From an uncultured Actinomycetes bacterium (GTDB lineage: Bacteria > Actinomycetota > Thermoleophilia > RBG-16-64-13), in assembly GCA_963814365.1 (NCBI GenBank), contig CAWFCL010000004.1, forward strand, positions 1,311,432 through 1,375,431: a stretch of DNA of 64,000 nucleotides. Direction: 5' to 3'. Under the pieces are notes generated by a model. The model was not told the origin of the DNA. It ran no database searches and saw only the letters and a list, made by a program, of their open reading frames with translations. Shown here in pieces: positions 31,084 to 41,411 of the stretch. The stretch's first letter is position 1. The number at the start of each line of letters is the position of its first letter. The position numbers and the translations under genes are program-made.

Positions 31084-33118
31084 GTGATGGCACAGATATG
31101 GATCAACAACGTCTCGGTAAGTCTCGGCTCGCCGCTGCTGCTCGATGGGGCGTCGCTCGCCATCGAGGCGGGTGAGCGCATCGGGCTACTAGGCCGCAAC
31201 GGGGCCGGCAAGTCCACTCTGCTCAGGATGCTGCAGTGGCCACATCCGTCCGGATTCGGGCGAGATAGTCATGGGCGCCGGAGTCCGCGTCGGCCTGCTG
31301 CCGCAGGAGGTCCCCGAAGCTCTGCCGGGCACGGTGTACGACATAGTCGCCTCCGGCGGCCAGGGACACCTCGACCTGCTGCAGCGCTACCACCAACTGA
31401 CGTGCGCATGGGCCAGGGGCACGAGCCCGGCCTGATGAAGAAGCTGGAGCAGGTGCAACATCAGCTGGAGACGTCCGGGGCCTGGCACTTCCACCAGCGG
31501 GTGGAACAGGTTGATCGCGTGGGCTGGTCTGGACGAGGATGCTGAGTTCGGGCTGCTCTCCGCGGGCCTGAAGCGCCGGGTGCTCTTGGCCAAGGCCCTG
31601 GCCGACGAGCCCGATGTGCTCTTGCTGGACGAACCGACCAACCACCTGGATATCGACGCCATCCTCTGGCTGGAGGACTTCCTGCTGAGGTTCGCCGGCA
31701 CGCTGGTGTTCGTCACCCACGACCGCGCCTTTCTGCAGCGCATCGCCACCCGGATCGTGGAGATCGACCGCGGACACCTGCTCGCCTTCGACTGCGGCTA
31801 TGCCACCTACCTGGAGCGCCGGCAGCAGATGCTGGACTCGGAGGAGAAGGCCTGGCACGACTTCGACAAGAAGCTGGCTCAGGAGGAGGTCTGGATAAGG
31901 CAGGGCATCAAGGCTCGGCGCACCCGCAACGAGGGCAGAGTGCGGGCCCTGGAGCAGCTGCGGGTGGAGCGCGCCCTGAGACGGGAGCGCATGGGTAACG
32001 CGCAGATAGCGATAGTGGAGGCCAGCCGCAGCGGACGGCTGGTGGCCGAAGCCAAAGATGTCTCGTTCACCTACGACGCAGGGCCCGCTGACAGACCCGA
32101 CGGCGGCCGTGAGGCCGCGCGCGAGCCGGCGCAGCCCGGCGCGGCGTCCCCGACGCCCGCTAAGCCCATCGTGGACGACTTCAGCACGGCGATCATCCGC
32201 GGCGACAGGGTGGGCATCCTGGGCCCCAACGGCTCGGGCAAGACCACTCTGCTCAAGCTCCTGTTGGGAGAGTTGGAGCCCCAGAAGGGCCGGGTGCGCC
32301 TGGGGGCCAATCTGCGGATAGCCTACTTCGACCAACTGCGCGCCCAGCTGGACGACGACCGCACCCTGCGCGAGAGCGTGGGCGGTGGAGGCGACAGCGT
32401 CACGGTGCAGGGCAAGTCGCGACACGTGGTGGGATATCTGCAGGACTGGCTGTTCTCCCCCGACCAGATCAAGGCCCCCGTGCGCCTGCTCTCCGGTGGC
32501 GAGCGTAACCGCCTACTGCTGGCCAAGCTCTTCGCGGTGCCGTCGAACGTCCTGGTACTGGACGAACCCACCAACGACCTAGACAGCGAGACCCTCGCGC
32601 TCCTGGAGGAGCGCCTGCTGACCTACACTGGCACCATCCTTCTGGTAAGTCACGACCGGGCTTTCTTGAACAACGTGGTCACGTCGACGCTGGTCTTCGA
32701 GAGCGACGGCCGCCTGCGCGAATACGTAGGCGGATACGACGACTGGCTGCGCCAGCGCAAAGCGCGCGTGGCGGCGTCCGGGGCGCGCGGAGCGCGTGGT
32801 GGGGCGGCCGACACAGGCGCAAGACCGGCGGCGGCGCAAGCGACGCCGCTCGCAGAGGGGGCGCCGACCGCCGGCCTCCCGCGCGCCAAACGCAAGCTCT
32901 CATACAAAGAGACCAAAGAGCTGGAGACGCTGCCCCAGAGGATCGAGGCGCTGGAGCGCGAGCGGGACGAGTTGGGCGCCACGCTGAGCTCGTCGGAGTT
33001 CTATGCCGGCAACGACTCAGGCCAGGTGGCGACTACCAACGCGCGGTTGGCGGCGGTGGAGGCAGAGTTGGGCGCTGCATTCGCGCGCTGGGAGGAGCTG
33101 GAGGGGTTGGGCGGCTAG
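31084..33118 (+). pseudogene. uup: ABC-F ATPase Uup-like, with three frameshifts in the first ~450 bp
   Basis: First Walker A (GRNGAGKST) at the N-terminus. Homology then hops frames at about 31245, 31400 and 31515 (..DSGEIVMGAGVRVGLLPQEVPEALPGTVYDIV.. and ..KKLEQVQHQLETSGAWHF.. lie in different frames). From 31511 a clean 535-aa ORF carries the second ABC cassette and a coiled-coil tail. Confidence 0.7.
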
Positions 33119-33134
33119 CGGCGCGGTCGCAAGA

Positions 33135-33824
33135 CTACCAGGCGGTGGCCTGGCCGTCTTTGTAGTAAGTGATGCCTCCGCCCATCCGTTCCACGCGCAC
33201 ACCGATCTCTGTACCCGAGGCCGACCAGGTGCCGAGCTCGTAGCTCATCGCGCCGGTGCTGACCCACGCGACAACGTTCTGCTTCTGGTTGGCCCCTGTG
33301 GGAGGGGACGAACACAGGCCGGCGCTCGCCTGCATCCACGTGATCCCTGACGCCATAGTCTGCAGGGTCGCCTGACTGATGCCCTCAAAGCTACCCGACT
33401 CGACAGCTACCGCATCGAACGCCGTCATCGCGTTGCGAATCAGTGATTCGGCTGCCAGATCGGAGGCCTTGTCCGGAGCGGACGCCACCGCTGCCTCCTC
33501 TTCAACGATCGCCGCCCCGCCGGTCGTGAGCACGACGGCCACGACGATGCCGACCACTATCAGCGCGGCGGCCACGATGAAGGTCGCCAGACGGCCTCGG
33601 CCCTTGTTCTGACCCGGGGCCCGCCCAGGTTTGGCCGCAGAGGACGAAGTGGCCGCGAATCCACCCGGGTCGATCGCCTGGTGCCAGGACTGGGGCGCGT
33701 CCGGCCTTGTGCCTTGTCGGTCGGCCGTGGCGGCGACTCCGCACGACGGACAGCGGTGCCCTAACGCGCGCGGTCTCCCGCACTCTGGACAAGGGACGAT
33801 ATCGACCATGCTCCTGCCCTCCAA
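33135..33824 (-). CDS. Zinc-ribbon membrane protein
   Basis: CPECG ... CPSCG zinc ribbon, one TM helix, and an extracytoplasmic domain. Confidence 0.4.
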   Translation of the reverse strand: MEGRSMVDIVPCPECGRPRALGHRCPSCGVAATADRQGTRPDAPQSWHQAIDPGGFAATSSSAAKPGRAPGQNKGRGRLATFIVAAALIVVGIVVAVVLTTGGAAIVEEEAAVASAPDKASDLAAESLIRNAMTAFDAVAVESGSFEGISQATLQTMASGITWMQASAGLCSSPPTGANQKQNVVAWVSTGAMSYELGTWSASGTEIGVRVERMGGGITYYKDGQATAW

Positions 33825-33925
33825 CCAGCGAGCGCGCGGCTCGCTCGTTCACGACCGTTTCTCAAGCTATTTCGGCATCTTGTGATGATGCGCTTAGCGG
33901 ACGAAGCGTGCCTCGTAGTCAGAGC

Positions 33926-35137
33926 TCAAGCCCGCGCGGCCTGGGACCGCGCCAGCGGCAGACCCAGGGCCAGCCACAGACCCAGAGCCACCAGGGACAG
34001 ACCGGCGGTGAGTGCTCCGAGCAACTCCACCCTGTTCCATATGTTCAAAGATACGATCACAGTCGCGACGCTACCCATGGTCATGTGAGCCGCGAGGATG
34101 ATGCCCGACACCGACCCTGCGTCCGTATCGTGCTGCCCGAGCATGAGGTATGTGGCAGCAGGCCTCAGGCAGGAACGACTGATCGCCATGGGCACGTAAG
34201 CCAGTATCAAAGCCCACGGACCCAGGCTGCCCACGACCAGTATCAGCACACCGCAGACCAGGCAGAGCCCCAGACACCAGGTCAGGATGGTGGTGCGTTC
34301 GAGCCAGCGCGACAGCAGAAGAAAGATAGGTGGACCTATCGCGACGCCCGCTCCGGCCATCGCGAAGAAGAAGCTGTATGTCTGTTCGCTAACTCCGAAG
34401 GTGAACTGGTAGATGTACGAGGACGCGGCGATGAAGGCCATCGAGGTCATACTCACCAAGGTGAAGATGGATAGCAGCAGCACGAAGTCCCGGTTCTTTA
34501 GCACCACGCCCAAGCGCTTGAGCGAGGCCAGGGGGTTGCCCTCCAGCCTGTCGTGCAAGGTCTCTTGAAAAACCAGAGCCCCGGCCAAGATCAGCAGACC
34601 CCAGGCACCTTGTACGATAAACACACCCCGCCACGGAGTGAGTCTAAGGATCTGTCCACCAAGGATGGGCGCGACCAGGGGGGTCAGCACCGTGATCGAC
34701 TGCACCACAGCCAGCGTGACCTCGCGCTTGCGCCCACTGTAGGCGTCCTTGACGATAGCGGTGGCCGCCGTACTAGCAGCAGCAGCCCCGATCGCCTGCA
34801 GTACGCGGAACGCCATCAGCTGGTAGATGCTCTGCGAGAAGGCACAGAGGAAGCCTGCGGCCATATACATAGACATCCCCACCAAGATGACAGGGCGTCT
34901 GCCGAAGCGGTCGCTCAAGGGACCCCAGATAAGAAGCGCTACGGCATAGAAGACGAAGAATAAGATGAGCGTCAGATTGATCTGATACTCCGGAACCCCG
35001 AACTGAGCGGTCATGTTCGGAAGCGCCGGCAGGTAGAGGTCGGTCGAGAGGGCGGGGAACGCACTGAGCCCGGCCAAGAAGACCACGAGTCCTGCCTTGC
35101 CGAGGTACTTCTGCGGAGTGGTCGTTCCTTCTTCCAT
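33926..35137 (-). CDS. MFS transporter (Bcr/CflA drug-efflux family)
   Basis: 12-TM pattern and the LSDRFGRRP motif. Confidence 0.8.
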   Translation of the reverse strand: MEEGTTTPQKYLGKAGLVVFLAGLSAFPALSTDLYLPALPNMTAQFGVPEYQINLTLILFFVFYAVALLIWGPLSDRFGRRPVILVGMSMYMAAGFLCAFSQSIYQLMAFRVLQAIGAAAASTAATAIVKDAYSGRKREVTLAVVQSITVLTPLVAPILGGQILRLTPWRGVFIVQGAWGLLILAGALVFQETLHDRLEGNPLASLKRLGVVLKNRDFVLLLSIFTLVSMTSMAFIAASSYIYQFTFGVSEQTYSFFFAMAGAGVAIGPPIFLLLSRWLERTTILTWCLGLCLVCGVLILVVGSLGPWALILAYVPMAISRSCLRPAATYLMLGQHDTDAGSVSGIILAAHMTMGSVATVIVSLNIWNRVELLGALTAGLSLVALGLWLALGLPLARSQAARA

Positions 35138-35182
35138 ACTTGTAGCACGGTAGCATGAAGCAGGCCTCCGGCCCCGTCTACC

Positions 35183-35767
35183 CTAAGTCCTGGGCACCTC
35201 CCGCGACTCACCGTGACAATGTCCCCAAAAGAAACAGTCGTACGGCGTCGTGCAGTGCTCGCCCACCTCTATGCCGGGGCACTCCACTACCAGCATCGCT
35301 TTCATCTCGGCGAGAAGAGCCGGGATAGACGGAAGATACTCCTGCACCTGCTCGGTGATGTCCTCGGTGACGAACAGCTCATCCAGGTCGCATGGGCCGT
35401 CCGGCACCGCGCAGCCCGACGCCACGTGTAGCAGTCGCACCTCGCGCACGGGCAGGCCGGCGCCGCGAGCCACGTAGGTCTGGATAGCCGCGTCAGTGAT
35501 GTGCTCGGGCTTGAGTTGGGTGCTGGACTTGGCCTCGATCAGCTGCCAGGAGTCCTCGTCCGTCTTGCGCACGATGTCGACGCGGACCAGCACGCCATCA
35601 TGCATGAGCGCTGCCTCGTAGAGACACGAGATACCCTCGGCTATCAGGCGGGTCGTGGTCGCCACAGCAGCGTCACCGTGGCGGAAGTCCTCGGTCACCA
35701 GCACCCCACCGGCGTAGTACTCGCGCGCCAGCTGGCCGAAGCGATGTCCGGCGTCAAAGAGGGCCAA
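35183..35767 (-). CDS. Cas4/DUF83-like PD-(D/E)xK nuclease with C-terminal Cys cluster, standalone
   Basis: VDIV ... LIEAKSS nuclease motifs and a C-terminal CPGIEVGEHCTTPYDCFFWGHC cluster. No cas genes nearby. Confidence 0.5.
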   Translation of the reverse strand: MALFDAGHRFGQLAREYYAGGVLVTEDFRHGDAAVATTTRLIAEGISCLYEAALMHDGVLVRVDIVRKTDEDSWQLIEAKSSTQLKPEHITDAAIQTYVARGAGLPVREVRLLHVASGCAVPDGPCDLDELFVTEDITEQVQEYLPSIPALLAEMKAMLVVECPGIEVGEHCTTPYDCFFWGHCHGESREVPRT

Positions 35768-36149
35768 CCTCTCCGGACTTAGGGGATCGAGCCAGATCGC
35801 GACGGTAACACTCCAGCCACAGCCGCTTATGGCACTGAAGCCCCGCCTGAAAACGAGACTTAGATAGCTTGGGAACTTGAGTCATATGCCGCTCCTATTA
35901 GTGCTGCGCGTCGCGCCGCCACATTCTACATTCCTACCGTACAACCACTATGCCCATCAAGTAAGCCGTCTCCGGGTCTGTTGGGTCGGCAACCTTCGCC
36001 GGGCAACAGGGCGACTGCCCGCCCAGCAAGGTCTATCACCCTACCCCAGCAGATCATGCACAGCATTGACCAGGACGATCTCCCCTTATAGAGTGGTTTG
36101 CAGACGTTGGGCGGCCCAAGTTCGAGACACGACCAGAAGGGACCCACAC

Positions 36150-36497
36150 ATGCCAGAGATACAGGTGGATACTAGCTTGGTCGCCCGTTGCGGACTGTAC
36201 TGTGGAGCCTGCCGCTCCTACCTCAAGGGCAAGTGCAAGGGCTGCAGCCAGAACGTCAAGGCGACCTGGTGCACCGTCCGGACCTGTTGCGCAGACCGGC
36301 AGATAGCCACCTGCGCGGAGTGCGCCGACTTCCCCGATCCCCGCGACTGCAAGAAGTTCGACAACTTCATGTCCAAGCTGTTCGGGCTGGTGATGAGGTC
36401 CGACCGCGCGGCCTGTATCGCCCAGATACGTGAGCTCGGTCTGCAAGGCCACGCGAAGACCATGGCTCAGGCGGGAAGGCAGTCGATCAGGCGCTAG
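36150..36497 (+). CDS. DUF3795 Cys-rich protein
   Basis: CGLYCGACRSYLKGKCKGC ... CAEC. Confidence 0.55.
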   Translation: MPEIQVDTSLVARCGLYCGACRSYLKGKCKGCSQNVKATWCTVRTCCADRQIATCAECADFPDPRDCKKFDNFMSKLFGLVMRSDRAACIAQIRELGLQGHAKTMAQAGRQSIRR

Positions 36498-36530
36498 CCC
36501 GACGCCGTCGCGCCGACGGATCGCCCAGGG

Positions 36531-37937
36531 TCACCCGTGCTGCGCGGTAGGGACACGTAGGAACCTATCCCCCAGCGCATGCTTGAATTGCGCGTAGGCT
36601 CCGGCCAGAAGCTGCGAGTTGCGACGCGAAGAGACATTCGTCACCAGATTGATGATGGGGGTCTGGCCTCGGGGTAGGCTCCTGGCTAGTCGACCCGCGA
36701 TGCGCGGCCAGGAGTAGAACCTGCGGTTGCACCCGGTCATCTCGTCGATAACGTCGTCTAGCGACAGGCCTGCATACTGCGCTGCCGGATAGGTGAGCGT
36801 GTAGTACTTCCAATCCTCGGGAAACCGGTCCAGGGGTATGCGTCCGGCTTCTTTCATCTGCGACCAGAGCCGAGTGCCCGGCAAGGGGGTCAAGAAAGAG
36901 ACGTTCAGATTGTCCACCCCGTAGCGACTCGCAGCGTCCGCGACCCGACGTCCGATACCCTTGCGGTCCACGTCTAGGCCGATCATGAACGACCCCACCA
37001 CCATGATGTTGTGCCGCCGGATACGCCGGATGCAAGCCGTGAGATCCCTGGACTTGGAGAGATTGAAACGCTTTCCGATCTCCAGCAGCCCTTCCGGCGA
37101 AGGTGACTCGAAGCCGATGAATACACCGGCACATCCGGCCTTGGCAGCGAGTTCCATCAGTTCCTCGTCATCGGCGAAGTTCACCGTGGTCTGCGAGAAC
37201 CACTGCTTGCCCAGGTCGGCCTCCGCCAAAGAACGAAACAGTTCTTTCGCGCGCTCCATCTGAGCCGCACTCGTGCCGATGAGATTGTCGTCCACCACAA
37301 AGACGCGCTTCTCGGATATCGACCGGAATTCGCTGACGATATCGTCTATAGGCCGCTGCCGGTAACGCGCGCCGTTGAAAGCCGTGACACTGCAGAAGTT
37401 GCAGCCCAGAGGACAGCCCCGGGTGGTCTGGATGGCGCCTAGAGCGTAGCGGTCCGGTAGAAGATCGTGCCGCGCCGAACGCAACTTGCTGGGGTCGGCC
37501 AGGCCACCTTCGTAGAGAGGCCTTAGTCGGCCGTTGGCGGCGTCACTCAGAACTTGGGCCCAGACTTCCTCTGCCTCTCCGGTGACCAGTGAGTCCACGT
37601 GCTCCCCAGCCTCGTCTCTGCACATGGTGGCATGGATGCCGCCCATGACGACGGGTACGCCGAGGGCGCGGAAGTGGGCCGCGATATCGTAAGCCCGGCT
37701 GGCCTGTGACGTGAACGCGGTGACACCCACGAGGTCCGGCCGAGGCAAACCCTCGTAGTCGGGGTCGCCCAGGTTCTCGTCAACGATCGTGGTCTGCCAG
37801 TCGTCAGGCGTCAGACCGGCCAAGACCATCAGACCGAGTGGCTGCCAAAGACGGTAGCGACGACTCCAACGACTCTGGCTGGTCCTGGCCATATTGACCA
37901 GGGAGTTAGACGGGTTGACCAACAATAGTCGAGGCAC
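36531..37937 (-). CDS. B12-binding domain radical SAM protein
   Basis: N-terminal cobalamin-binding fold. CPLGCNFC radical-SAM cysteine triad. Confidence 0.8.
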   Translation of the reverse strand: MPRLLLVNPSNSLVNMARTSQSRWSRRYRLWQPLGLMVLAGLTPDDWQTTIVDENLGDPDYEGLPRPDLVGVTAFTSQASRAYDIAAHFRALGVPVVMGGIHATMCRDEAGEHVDSLVTGEAEEVWAQVLSDAANGRLRPLYEGGLADPSKLRSARHDLLPDRYALGAIQTTRGCPLGCNFCSVTAFNGARYRQRPIDDIVSEFRSISEKRVFVVDDNLIGTSAAQMERAKELFRSLAEADLGKQWFSQTTVNFADDEELMELAAKAGCAGVFIGFESPSPEGLLEIGKRFNLSKSRDLTACIRRIRRHNIMVVGSFMIGLDVDRKGIGRRVADAASRYGVDNLNVSFLTPLPGTRLWSQMKEAGRIPLDRFPEDWKYYTLTYPAAQYAGLSLDDVIDEMTGCNRRFYSWPRIAGRLARSLPRGQTPIINLVTNVSSRRNSQLLAGAYAQFKHALGDRFLRVPTAQHG

Positions 37938-38217
37938 GTTAGCCCCCTACCGGCGTCCGAACCTGTGAACCGCCCCCCAGCTCTCGCCTAGGCGTGATTG
38001 CTCTTTCTTCGCCTGGATATTTGCTTCTTTCTCGGTGGGGCTGAAGCCCTGGGACATGCGGCCGTTGCACCAAATTCGCCAAAGCCATAGGGGCTTCTTG
38101 GGCGTAGAGGTCCCTGCCTCGCGGATCTCGATTCTCATGACAGGCGTCCTCTCGTGTCTGCGGTTGGAGAAGCTAGAGAAGGCAATAGGAGGGGTGAAAC
38201 CAGCTTCAGTCTACCAC

Positions 38218-38484
38218 CTACCGCACCCCCAGACGCTCGACCACTATCAGCCTGGCCTCCTGTATCAGCCTCTCAGGCACCCTCAACTGGACATCGATCA
38301 TCTTCCCCGAGAAGAGACCGGAGCGACGCGGCTTAGATCCGAGTACCGGTACACCGCCCGCCCTCAAGGCCTCAATGAGATCCCAGACTTCGATGATTGA
38401 CACTCTCTTGAGGGACTCCAGCTCTACCCAAGGCTCCTCTGGGTCGGTCGGCGGCTGAGGGATAGTTGAACATCCGTCATCCAT
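38218..38484 (-). CDS. Small hypothetical protein (DUF2007-like?)
   Basis: Weak call. It overlaps the end of the Tag-like ORF in another frame. Confidence 0.2.
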   Translation of the reverse strand: MDDGCSTIPQPPTDPEEPWVELESLKRVSIIEVWDLIEALRAGGVPVLGSKPRRSGLFSGKMIDVQLRVPERLIQEARLIVVERLGVR

Positions 38485-38947
38485 GCCGACCATTCCCCCC
38501 TCCGTACTTGGCGATCTGTTCGTCGATATAGCTCTGCGGGATATGCTCCCCCACCATGGCCAAGAACAGAGGCGCTGAACTGGCACCTAAGAACCGGAAG
38601 TGCTCGGACATGGCAGCGCGTTGCGCGTCGAAGTCTCCCAACGAAGCAAGATAGCCCGCAAAACCACCAGGAGTCTTGTCCAGTTCGAGTAGCATCGCGG
38701 CATTGTCGGCGATGGCTTCGATCTTCTTGCGGTTGCGGATCAGACGCGGGTCGGCGGTCAGACGATCGATGTCGTCCATGGTCAGCCGGGCGATCTTGTG
38801 AGGGTCGAAGCCCCCGAAGGCCTCCTTGGTGCCCGGCCACTTGCTCTCGACCACCTTCCAGTTCATGCCCGACTGGAAGATGACCTTGCTCATGCGCTCC
38901 AGATAGCCGGAGAGGTCTTCTGGTCTGCTGTCTCGTGGATCGTGCAT
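38477..38947 (-). CDS. DNA-3-methyladenine glycosylase I (Tag)-like, N-terminally short
   Basis: FQSGMNWKVVESKW ... FDPHKIA ... RLIRNRKKIEAIADNA pattern of the Adenine_glyco family. Confidence 0.45.
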   Translation of the reverse strand: MHDPRDSRPEDLSGYLERMSKVIFQSGMNWKVVESKWPGTKEAFGGFDPHKIARLTMDDIDRLTADPRLIRNRKKIEAIADNAAMLLELDKTPGGFAGYLASLGDFDAQRAAMSEHFRFLGASSAPLFLAMVGEHIPQSYIDEQIAKYGGGNGRHG

Positions 38948-39098
38948 TGTGATGGTTTATGTCCCCCGCACGGCCGCGAGCCAATCCCGCCGTCGGACGC
39001 TCCCGCGGCAAGTGCTTGGACGTGGCAGTCCGTCAGGTCATGTCATATAGTTAGAGTCTGTGGAGACCGGAGCCAAGACCCCACTGTGAGGTGAAGCC

Positions 39099-39779
39099 AT
39101 GTCTCGAGACAAGCGCGATGTCGTGCTGCACAAGTGGCATACGGCAGTCCCACTGATACTGGTACTGTGCGGACTTGCCCTCCTCGCCTCGGCCTGTCAG
39201 GAACTGGGATCCGATCCGGACACAGACACTGCCGGCACCACCACGGTCACATCAGTCCAGTCGCCAGGACTCGACTCTCTGTATGGCACCTGGGACGGCA
39301 CCTACACCCCAGACGCGGCTTGGAGCGAAGATGGCCCCATCGATGATCCGCCTTTCGACCTGGGCGTCCCACTGGACATGCACATGGAACTCCACCCCTG
39401 GTCGGCGGCTGCGGGACAATACGGCACCATCACCGTCGGCGGGCTCTCCCCGGCGCGGGTGACTTCTCTAACACTGGACGGTGATCAGGTCACCATGATC
39501 GTGGTCACCGAGGTCGCAGGCCTGAACGACCTGCTGGGAGCCTTCACACTCACCCTGGACGGGGACACCCTTTCCGGCACAGACGACCGCGAGCCGGAGG
39601 TCCCTACGGGTTGGATATCCAGCTCAGGCGCCGTCTATCTGACGCGTACCGCACCTTGGGATGCTGCCGCGGCGGCCTCCACGGCTTCGGCTGATCCTCC
39701 GCGTCGTCCGACAGCGCCGCCGATGGCACAGGCGGCGATGCTGCGGACGGTGGCGCGGACGAAGACGGCGACCCGTTGA
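39099..39779 (+). CDS. Lipoprotein, hypothetical
   Basis: Signal with an LLASAC lipobox and a Thr-rich linker. Confidence 0.4.
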   Translation: MSRDKRDVVLHKWHTAVPLILVLCGLALLASACQELGSDPDTDTAGTTTVTSVQSPGLDSLYGTWDGTYTPDAAWSEDGPIDDPPFDLGVPLDMHMELHPWSAAAGQYGTITVGGLSPARVTSLTLDGDQVTMIVVTEVAGLNDLLGAFTLTLDGDTLSGTDDREPEVPTGWISSSGAVYLTRTAPWDAAAAASTASADPPRRPTAPPMAQAAMLRTVARTKTATR

Positions 39780-40147
39780 CGGTACTCTCCTTGTTCACCC
39801 CGATGTCCGCGCTCACGACCACGACCGAACCACCCACCCGGTGGACGTTCGACAACGACGATGACGGAAGACACGTGACGGTGGGAGTGAATGACCGCAT
39901 TCTTGTCAGGCTGGACTTCGCAGTGGCCGACGCGGTCACCCAGATCACGTTCGGCAGCACCTCCCCCTCGATTCTGCAACTCCGTCTGGGCTACTCAGAT
40001 CAAGACGCGGCGACCATGATCTACCGCTGGGCCAGTGGCGAAGGAACAGCGCATGCACCTGGCAACGTGGGAATCACGATCCTGTGTCGTCATGCTGATG
40101 GCACCTTGCATGACATGTGGCAGCTTTACGTGGTCGTGGAGGAGTGA
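39776..40147 (+). CDS. Hypothetical small protein
   Basis: ORF only; its start overlaps the upstream stop. Confidence 0.3.
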   Translation: MTVLSLFTPMSALTTTTEPPTRWTFDNDDDGRHVTVGVNDRILVRLDFAVADAVTQITFGSTSPSILQLRLGYSDQDAATMIYRWASGEGTAHAPGNVGITILCRHADGTLHDMWQLYVVVEE

Positions 40148-41352
40148 TCACCCAAACGCCGCCCCAGCAACACCCAGCCCAGTAGTCCCGCCGACATGTA
40201 GATAGCGGCGGCGGCCACGATCAGACACCTGATACCAAGCGTGTCCGCCAGGGAGCCGCCCAGACCGGCGCCCACGAACATGAGCACGGTACTCACCGTG
40301 TGATACGCGCCGAACACTCTGCCGCGGAAACGGTCCTCGGTACCCTTCTGCAATGTGGTCTGCACGCAGATGAGCCACGCCATGATGATAGGTCCGGCCA
40401 CCACCGTAAGACTCATGATCACGGACAGTCTGGGGAACAAGACCATCAACAGCACCACTATCCCCGTGCCGAGCAATCCTCCGTTCAGCATCAGACTACG
40501 CGGTAGTCTGGGTCCGACTCTGGCTATCAGCAGGCCCCCGAACAGGCCGCCGACCCCACGGGCAGCCAGCATCCACCCGTATTGAGTGGCGGAGAAACCG
40601 GCCACGTCCTGTACGAACGGCGCCATCAACGCACTCAGGATAGCGTCGCCCAACAGACCGACGCCCACCACGATAAACACTCCACGCAGCAGCCTGCTGT
40701 GAGCCACCAGGCGCAGCCCGTCGAGCCATTCGTCCCTCACCTGCCGCCAGCGCGTCTGCGCGGCCTCAGCCACCCGGGCGGCAGCCGGGGTCACAGCCAT
40801 CAAGCCGATGAGTACTGCCGCCACGGCATAAGAAGCGGCGTCGATTATGATCACATTCCGAAAGCCCACGGTCCCCAGGAGCACCCCGCCCAAGGCGGCG
40901 CCGATGATCCGTGCCAAGTTGTCGTTCAGAGCGTTGAGCGAGTTGGCCGACACCAGCTCCCTCTCACCCACCAGCGTGGGCAGTAGAGCGTTCTCGGCAG
41001 GCATGAGGAACTGGATAGCGCTGGACTCAAGCACCACCACCACGTATATCACCCAGACGGCGCCCAGAGCGTCGGTGAGGATCATCCAGGGTATGAGCGC
41101 TGCCGCGATCAGATTACCTATCACCAGCACCCGCCGACGGTCCCACCGGTCGACCAATACCCCGGCGAACGAGCTCAGCAAAGCACCTGGGGCCATGTGC
41201 GCCATGAACAGTCCACCCGATGCCAGCGCCGACCCCGTGACCTGGTAGAGATAGAAGGGCAGCGCAGCCAACAGCATCCAAGTGCCCATCATGGAGACGA
41301 GCCCCCCGGTCCACAGCAGCATGAAGTTGCGGTTGCGTAGCAGGTTGCGCAT
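40126..41352 (-). CDS. MFS transporter
   Basis: 12 predicted TM helices. Confidence 0.75.
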   Translation of the reverse strand: MRNLLRNRNFMLLWTGGLVSMMGTWMLLAALPFYLYQVTGSALASGGLFMAHMAPGALLSSFAGVLVDRWDRRRVLVIGNLIAAALIPWMILTDALGAVWVIYVVVVLESSAIQFLMPAENALLPTLVGERELVSANSLNALNDNLARIIGAALGGVLLGTVGFRNVIIIDAASYAVAAVLIGLMAVTPAAARVAEAAQTRWRQVRDEWLDGLRLVAHSRLLRGVFIVVGVGLLGDAILSALMAPFVQDVAGFSATQYGWMLAARGVGGLFGGLLIARVGPRLPRSLMLNGGLLGTGIVVLLMVLFPRLSVIMSLTVVAGPIIMAWLICVQTTLQKGTEDRFRGRVFGAYHTVSTVLMFVGAGLGGSLADTLGIRCLIVAAAAIYMSAGLLGWVLLGRRLGDHSSTTT

Positions 41353-41411
41353 GTCTATCCGCCCTCGTGCCCCTGGTCGCGCCCCATCGGTGGCGCCACC
41401 TCTGTCGGCCC

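Noticed and set aside
38218-38586. Full 122-aa ORF as a real gene
   Set aside because: It overlaps ~110 bp of the better-supported Tag-like ORF in another frame. Only a shortened version is kept, at low confidence.
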